IMG/VR virus record: IMGVR_UViG_3300034117_001582
Location: 1-64,000 of that record
Length of the DNA: 64,000 bases
Strand: one strand, 5' to 3'
Shown piece by piece: positions 58,297 through 64,000 of this stretch (its first letter is position 1; every line of letters starts with the position of its first letter). The position numbers were made by a program, and so were the translations under genes. The notes under the pieces were generated by a model that made no database searches, was not told the DNA's origin, and was given only the letters and a program-made list of their open reading frames with translations.

Positions 58297-59967
58297 TTAC
58301 CAAGTTACTCCACTTAATCTTTTCCATCCAATATTATCTCTATAATAAAAATAGTCATTATCCCAAGTTACAGACCCAACCTCACCAACAGTATTATCAG
58401 TTGTCCCTGACGGTGTGTATGTGGTTGTTGGGTATATTACTAAGTTTGGTACATATGCCGTATTTAAACCGGTTCCTGTAATCCCCGTACCACCCAATAT
58501 AACAGAGTAATTAGATAATATTATAGACTCTTCACTTGAAACAATAGCTGAGTTAAATCCACTAACCGTATTTCCAGACCCACCAATAATCGTTGAATTA
58601 ATTAAATGATCAGAAGGGAAAATTGGAGTTATTATATTACTTTCTCCTCCAAATATACCACCATTATCTGTAGTTCCACTATCCACAATATTTAATTGAC
58701 CACCAATCGTAACGGTTCTATCACCTCTAGATTCTGTTTGATATCCTTGTGAGAATGACTGAGCACCTATGGCTGTCGTACCATACCCTATTGCAAAGGC
58801 ATTAACACCTTTTGTTATTGTACCTTCACCACCAACAAAAGAACCTACCCCGTACGCAATAGTATTAAGTCCTGTTGAAAATGAGTGTAATCCATATGAT
58901 GCGGTTCCTTTACCAGATGCGAATGAGTTATTACCAATAGCTGAAGTACTAACACCAAGGGATAACGTGTAGTTACCTATTGCGTTGGTGAGTGACCCTT
59001 TAGAGTTAGCTCCATATCCACCCATAACCATATTCCCTCCCCATAAACTTGGAGAGCTTGTATTACCAACTAATACAAATCCAGTACCTGCCGTAGTAAG
59101 CGAAGTATCTGTTAAATAAACAATAGTTTGGAGAGTACCAATACTATATGTTGCTGCAGACACCACATAAACATTTTGAATAAATCCATTATAATTAGTA
59201 TCATCAATTAGCATATACTGTCCAGCAGTAAAGGCTGAAAAGACATTTCCATACTCACTACTTAAATAAACAACACCTGATGTTAACCCTGTAGCTAAAT
59301 ATGCCAAATTTGTTCCCGTTTTAGTTGCTATCCCTTCAGAGTGAGAATAACTTCCAAAACTTGTTGTTCCTGAACCTTCACTATGAGAAGTTGTTCCGGA
59401 CGCTATAGTGTATAACCCTTCTGCGTGAGTGTATCGTTCTAAGGCTTGGACATTACCACCAAACGCAAAACTTAAAATTGATTGAGCGTCAGACCCTGTT
59501 GATTGGACCCTGTTGTGTACAGTTATTTCGTCTGTACAAGCATGTATGTTATTTGTATAAAAACTTGTGATACAATTTCCTGAACCTCCTGTAAACGGTG
59601 TTGTTGTCCCCGTTACAGTAAACGTACCCCCCGTTGTGTTAGTAAAAGTCATTGTGCCACCCGTAGAATTAGATGTTCCCCCTGTTACAAATATTTCCGT
59701 AGGGATTGTTGTCCCCGTAGTAAAACCACTCACATTAAATGTACCTCCAGTTGTGTTTCTAAATGTTGCAGTTCCTGTAATGTTACTATAGGTACCTCCC
59801 GTTACAAATACATCAGGAGAACCACCAAAAAGTGGAACTAATTGTGATAATCTTGCCTTGTATGATGACCCTTGAGCACTTTGTGATGTGTCACCAGTTA
59901 TTACAATATGTATGAAGTCGTTTAATGTTGCCCCAGTGGCTAAAGTCCTCGATGTTAATTTACTCAT
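58297..59967 (-). CDS. tail-fibre-like protein with YadA-head-like beta-roll repeats
   Basis: VTGGT repeats; SHSEG..T..G 14-aa repeats. Confidence 0.75.
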   Translation of the reverse strand: MSKLTSRTLATGATLNDFIHIVITGDTSQSAQGSSYKARLSQLVPLFGGSPDVFVTGGTYSNITGTATFRNTTGGTFNVSGFTTGTTIPTEIFVTGGTSNSTGGTMTFTNTTGGTFTVTGTTTPFTGGSGNCITSFYTNNIHACTDEITVHNRVQSTGSDAQSILSFAFGGNVQALERYTHAEGLYTIASGTTSHSEGSGTTSFGSYSHSEGIATKTGTNLAYLATGLTSGVVYLSSEYGNVFSAFTAGQYMLIDDTNYNGFIQNVYVVSAATYSIGTLQTIVYLTDTSLTTAGTGFVLVGNTSSPSLWGGNMVMGGYGANSKGSLTNAIGNYTLSLGVSTSAIGNNSFASGKGTASYGLHSFSTGLNTIAYGVGSFVGGEGTITKGVNAFAIGYGTTAIGAQSFSQGYQTESRGDRTVTIGGQLNIVDSGTTDNGGIFGGESNIITPIFPSDHLINSTIIGGSGNTVSGFNSAIVSSEESIILSNYSVILGGTGITGTGLNTAYVPNLVIYPTTTYTPSGTTDNTVGEVGSVTWDNDYFYYRDNIGWKRLSGVTW

Positions 59968-59992
59968 TTCTTTATTTTATATATATCAAAGT

Positions 59993-60280
59993 TTATTGAA
60001 AATCGTATTGATCTCCGTCCATAAATTCAAAACATTCCCCGTCTTGGAATTGTTTATAGTCACAATCCTTAAAACAATACTCACATCCATTACTATCTAT
60101 AATTTTTACAACATAGGTTAGATAGGTTTCAAACACCGCAGGTAATATAAAACTATATGGTATTGTACTTGTTGTTGCTATGTATTGGCAAGTTCCAGCA
60201 GTCCCACATTCGTCACAAACCCAAATATCATATGGACTTGTTCCCCCTGTTATTGTATTTAAAGTTATTTGTACTGACAT
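59993..60280 (-). CDS. small Cys-rich structural protein
   Basis: GTSPYDIWVC..VKIIDSNGC. Confidence 0.7.
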   Translation of the reverse strand: MSVQITLNTITGGTSPYDIWVCDECGTAGTCQYIATTSTIPYSFILPAVFETYLTYVVKIIDSNGCEYCFKDCDYKQFQDGECFEFMDGDQYDFQ

Positions 60281-60281
60281 C

Positions 60282-61907
60282 TTAATTACAATTACCGTTT
60301 AATCTACAAGAACTCGTAATGAATCCTTTATCATTTACACTATATATGAAATTACCTTGTTGTACGTAATCAACAGTCAATATAGTCGTTAATCCACTAT
60401 CTTGGAATAAACAATCACCTTCTGATAATGATGTAACTAAATTGGTCGTGTAGAATTCTATTGGTTTACCAAAGTCTGTTAATTGGCAAATAGGACAGTT
60501 AATCGAATACCCTCCTTTACCTGACCATGGCGTGTATGTTAATGGTGTTGTTATCACAGTTAAACAATCTAAACAATTTGTGTATGTCGTGGCAGTTGTT
60601 GCCGTAAACGTATCTTGTGTTGAGGTTATGAATCCACCAGGAGCTACATAATTAACATAATTACCTACATATTCATAACAATTAGCGGTATATCCTGTAG
60701 TTGTGCCTGTAATAGGTTTTAATATATCACCAGCAACAATATTTGTTGGAGGATATGCCGCTTGTACTATCATAGTATTAGAAGTACAAGAAGTAAACAC
60801 GAATACTGTTCCAACGGCATATGTTGGTGCCGGTGTTGGAGTAGGCGTAGGTGTCGGAGTTGGTGTCGGAGTTGGCGTCGGAGTTGGTGTTGGTGTAACA
60901 CAAAGTACCGAACAACTTCCAGTATATGCTGATACAATATACGTAACAATCGCGTTTGGACTACCTCCATTAACATCTTGTGTATATGTAGCACAAGCAA
61001 GTTCATTATTTATCAATCCGTAAATTGTTGTACCTGTTGTTGTTACGGTTGTTGCCGTAGAACCCGTTAATAACAATGCTCCACTAACATAATATTTAGC
61101 TCCCGTATTACAATCAACCAATTCTTTAACCGTAGCACACACAAAGTTTCCACTATCAACCACAAACGTAACCGTATCTGCCGATGGTGTTACCGTAGGA
61201 GTAGGTGTAGGTGTAGGGGTTGGTGTTGGTGTAGGCGTTGGTGTAATATCTGTTAAGGTTATATTCACTGTAAACCCACTACAAATATTTGCAGTCGGAG
61301 TTGGTGTTGGAGTCGGAGTTGGTGTTGGAGTAGGGGTTGGTGTAGGAGTTGGTGTAGGGATATCGCATTCCAATAACACATCAAAATCTAATGATGAACA
61401 AGGGTCTGCCGGTGGTGTCGGCGTGATACACGAACCACTATACATTATAGTTTCATCTAAATCGGGACATATTGACGATGTTGGGTTAGACCCAAAGAAA
61501 TAACAAGTTCCACCTAATGTGTCACTTAAACACCAATTAATATTATTAAAATAAATATAACCAAAAGATGATGACCCACCAGTCCAATATGGGTAACTAT
61601 TATACCCACCCTCTATCGTATAATCACCACTATATCCACTATATATACTATTTTGAATATTTAAACATAAAACATCTGAACAACAATCTAAACATCGCGG
61701 GTTGGTACAGTCTGTAACGACCGTAGAACCACTACCTTCAAAAGTTATTGATGTTCCGGTAACTCCAGAAACAATCGTATAACATCCATTAGGCATATCT
61801 GTCTGACCAGTAATGCTGTGAACAGTACCAACAGTGCTAGTACCAAAAAAACTTGTAGCACTATACACAAGGTTATAACAACAACTACTAAAAATTACAT
61901 TTGCCAT
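60282..61907 (-). CDS. Cys-rich structural protein with three (Pro-Thr)n mucin-like linkers
   Basis: PTPT tracts at about 60823-60900, 61183-61245 and 61291-61360. Confidence 0.8.
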   Translation of the reverse strand: MANVIFSSCCYNLVYSATSFFGTSTVGTVHSITGQTDMPNGCYTIVSGVTGTSITFEGSGSTVVTDCTNPRCLDCCSDVLCLNIQNSIYSGYSGDYTIEGGYNSYPYWTGGSSSFGYIYFNNINWCLSDTLGGTCYFFGSNPTSSICPDLDETIMYSGSCITPTPPADPCSSLDFDVLLECDIPTPTPTPTPTPTPTPTPTPTPTANICSGFTVNITLTDITPTPTPTPTPTPTPTPTVTPSADTVTFVVDSGNFVCATVKELVDCNTGAKYYVSGALLLTGSTATTVTTTGTTIYGLINNELACATYTQDVNGGSPNAIVTYIVSAYTGSCSVLCVTPTPTPTPTPTPTPTPTPTPTPAPTYAVGTVFVFTSCTSNTMIVQAAYPPTNIVAGDILKPITGTTTGYTANCYEYVGNYVNYVAPGGFITSTQDTFTATTATTYTNCLDCLTVITTPLTYTPWSGKGGYSINCPICQLTDFGKPIEFYTTNLVTSLSEGDCLFQDSGLTTILTVDYVQQGNFIYSVNDKGFITSSCRLNGNCN

Positions 61908-61952
61908 TTAGAATTTAACTTTATTATATAAATAATCAAAAGTTTATTTTAT

Positions 61953-62750
61953 TTAGAAAACCAACTCAATTTCATTAGGTTGATAGTTATAAAAGTGCTT
62001 ATATGCGTGAATAAATGCAACATTTGGTTGTTCTTCCATAGGTATCGACCATCCTGTCTTGTCCCACCAATTACCAATGTCTTTTGAGTCATATTGTGCC
62101 CAATCTTCCCAAAACCCACTTGTATACCCAAAAAATTGAAATAAAAATGAAAGTGTCGCATCGCACCACTCAATTGGTCTTGAATCTAACTTATAAATTT
62201 CCTCCCAAGGCACCTCATCCAATCTATTATAAATTTCTATAAATTTTTCTCTATTAAATATTGTTCCACCACATGCACCATAACTTTGTAAAGAACCCGA
62301 AAGACTCCAACTATGTCTTGAGTCGTCAATAACTCCAAACTTATTTTTTAAATATTCATAAAGTTCTGTGGTATATAACGGACCATTCGCACCTGAGATA
62401 TCAAACTTTGGTGGCCTTGTAATTTCAAATCTACACCACACATCATCTTCATAATGAATAATCCAATCAACATCTTTAAGTGTTGTTGTACAGGCATCAT
62501 AAATTCTTTTTAACCAATCAAGTTGTCCGTTCTCTTTAACAAACACTCTTCCTGAATGTGGATTGTTAATCCCTTGTTGTTCTATCCAAGTATATTCACA
62601 ATTAAATTTTTTTGCAACGGGTTCCAATAATGTTGACCCATCCTCATATAACGCAACGGGAATATTGGGATACACCTTTCTTAATTGTTCTAAGGCCTTA
62701 TAACACGCAACTAATTTGTGTCCTGATTGATAAAATGCTCCTATTTTCAT
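61953..62750 (-). CDS. GT-A fold glycosyltransferase
   Basis: YEDG, WIIHYEDDV DxD-like motif, CGGTIF, IH.YK; start MKIGAF. Confidence 0.7.
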   Translation of the reverse strand: MKIGAFYQSGHKLVACYKALEQLRKVYPNIPVALYEDGSTLLEPVAKKFNCEYTWIEQQGINNPHSGRVFVKENGQLDWLKRIYDACTTTLKDVDWIIHYEDDVWCRFEITRPPKFDISGANGPLYTTELYEYLKNKFGVIDDSRHSWSLSGSLQSYGACGGTIFNREKFIEIYNRLDEVPWEEIYKLDSRPIEWCDATLSFLFQFFGYTSGFWEDWAQYDSKDIGNWWDKTGWSIPMEEQPNVAFIHAYKHFYNYQPNEIELVF

Positions 62751-63943
62751 AATATTGTATCTATTCTTTGTCCCCATTCACCATTTTTATGATTAACCCA
62801 ATAAACCCATTTATGTGGTTTTTCATATGATTCTATGGTTATGTGTAATTTATCTTGATGTAACATCAAGTCTTGTCTATGAAGTACAACCCCGTCTTTA
62901 TCTTCTATTCCAATATAAATAAAATTAAAATCTTCAGGTTTTGGTATTTCTAAATTATATTCAAACTTTTCTTTTTGTTTTAAATGCCAATCAGATAAAT
63001 CATTAATAGGCGGGTCGATTCCTCTTATCGTGTCCTCGTGTAACCGTCTGTCTTTAAAGTTAATGCCGGCATATATTTCATAATCTCTATGTGTTCTAAC
63101 ATTACCTAAACCATATATCTCAAGGTCAATATTATTATCCTCTTCTTGCAACATATGTCTTAACCTTCTTTTGGATTCGTTATCCATTTCCCACCATTGT
63201 TTTTCAACAACACCTTTGTTTTTGTTTTCATCATTAAAGTCTGTCCAATGTTTTGTCCTACCTTCTCTTGTATATTCATGCCAAACAACAGTCTTATGTG
63301 GGTGGAATAAATCATATCCTAATGTAAATGAACGAATGGATAAACTAATTTCATCACCAGCAAAATAGATATTCGGATCGTACTTATATTCTTCACAATG
63401 CTTTCCTATTGTAAAAAAGAAGTGTCCACTAACAAATCTTGCAGGTATTGGTTTATCTAAGGTTTCCCAACCTGAAATAGAGTGAGGCCTAAAAAGTATT
63501 GTTCCTCCTGGTGTAAAATTTGACGCAACCATCTTATATGGTTCAGTGTTTAACAACTCATTTGTACTTGGTCTGTACATACCAGCATATGACGTGATGA
63601 TTGGTTTTTCAGAACCGGTTTGTTTCATCATTTCAATTAATTCAACATCCCAATCTTGTAAAAATCTGTGGTGTGAGTCTAATTGTAATGTGTATTCTTC
63701 ATTATCCCATAATTTTTGAATCTCACTACGAGCCCAACAAAGACCTTTACTTAATGACCAATGATAATCTAAAATTTTAAATCTTGGGTCATTTACAAAT
63801 TCTTCCATTGATTCAGTTTCGTCATGTTGCCAACAAATTCCAAATGTTAAATTTTCGGGGTGTTTTGCATTATTAATGCAATCTCTAATAGTCGGTAAAA
63901 GTTCGGGGTCTCGATAAGACGCTATTTGAACAAATATTTTCAT
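62747..63943 (-). CDS. GT60-like polypeptide/hydroxyproline alpha-GlcNAc transferase
   Basis: IFVQIASYRDPEL, GLCWAR, QLDSHHRF..WD, YDPNIYFAGDE, WHEY, YGLGNVRT. Confidence 0.85.
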   Translation of the reverse strand: MKIFVQIASYRDPELLPTIRDCINNAKHPENLTFGICWQHDETESMEEFVNDPRFKILDYHWSLSKGLCWARSEIQKLWDNEEYTLQLDSHHRFLQDWDVELIEMMKQTGSEKPIITSYAGMYRPSTNELLNTEPYKMVASNFTPGGTILFRPHSISGWETLDKPIPARFVSGHFFFTIGKHCEEYKYDPNIYFAGDEISLSIRSFTLGYDLFHPHKTVVWHEYTREGRTKHWTDFNDENKNKGVVEKQWWEMDNESKRRLRHMLQEEDNNIDLEIYGLGNVRTHRDYEIYAGINFKDRRLHEDTIRGIDPPINDLSDWHLKQKEKFEYNLEIPKPEDFNFIYIGIEDKDGVVLHRQDLMLHQDKLHITIESYEKPHKWVYWVNHKNGEWGQRIDTIL

Positions 63944-64000
63944 AAAGGGTTTTCTTTATGATAAGTTTTAACGATAAAAAAACAATAGTAAATCTAACAA

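Noticed and set aside
445-63368. Many short plus-strand ORFs antisense to long genes (e.g. 20527, 41064, 45852, 60703)
   Set aside because: These are shadow ORFs of minus-strand coding sequences; the GVGVGV ORF is the antisense of the PT repeats.
1-64000. Stop-codon recoding
   Set aside because: Conserved genes are full length in the standard code, TAG and TGA are used as real stops, and no suppressor tRNA is present.

Overview
This strongly AT-rich (about 30% GC by eye), gene-dense window is almost certainly a segment of a large lytic tailed dsDNA phage genome. Most genes are on the minus strand and the standard genetic code fits. The host is probably Bacteroidota, based on TTTG-N20-TAnnTTTG promoters and Bacteroidota-type domains (SprB repeat, DUF1573, DUF1566, Hc1-like). 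From left to right: (1) a protein whose coding sequence contains a polarised, CRISPR-like 29-nt repeat / 37-nt spacer array; (2) small hypothetical genes; (3) a lysis module with a TM-GAF protein, a small holin and a GH19 endolysin; (4) eight tRNAs, two tRNA-like RNAs with abnormal anticodon arms, and several structured spacer RNAs; (5) a block of probable head-packaged proteins sharing an N-terminal leader; (6) a ~0.85-kb GNRA-rich noncoding RNA (GOLLD-like) with an rrn-type leader; (7) a DHH phosphoesterase, DNA methyltransferases (three in the window), glutamine synthetase II, a MetK-fold pseudo-enzyme, glutaredoxin, PcfJ, an LRR protein, DnaJ and an Hc1-like protein; (8) a second envelope/lysis-like block; (9) a sigma-70 factor followed by a structured RNA; (10) an R-M-like pair, SbcCD, an exonuclease, primase and RuvC; (11) tail/baseplate genes with Pro-Thr mucin-like repeats directly downstream of two glycosyltransferases, one GT60-like. 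All family assignments come from motif recognition by eye, not database searches.
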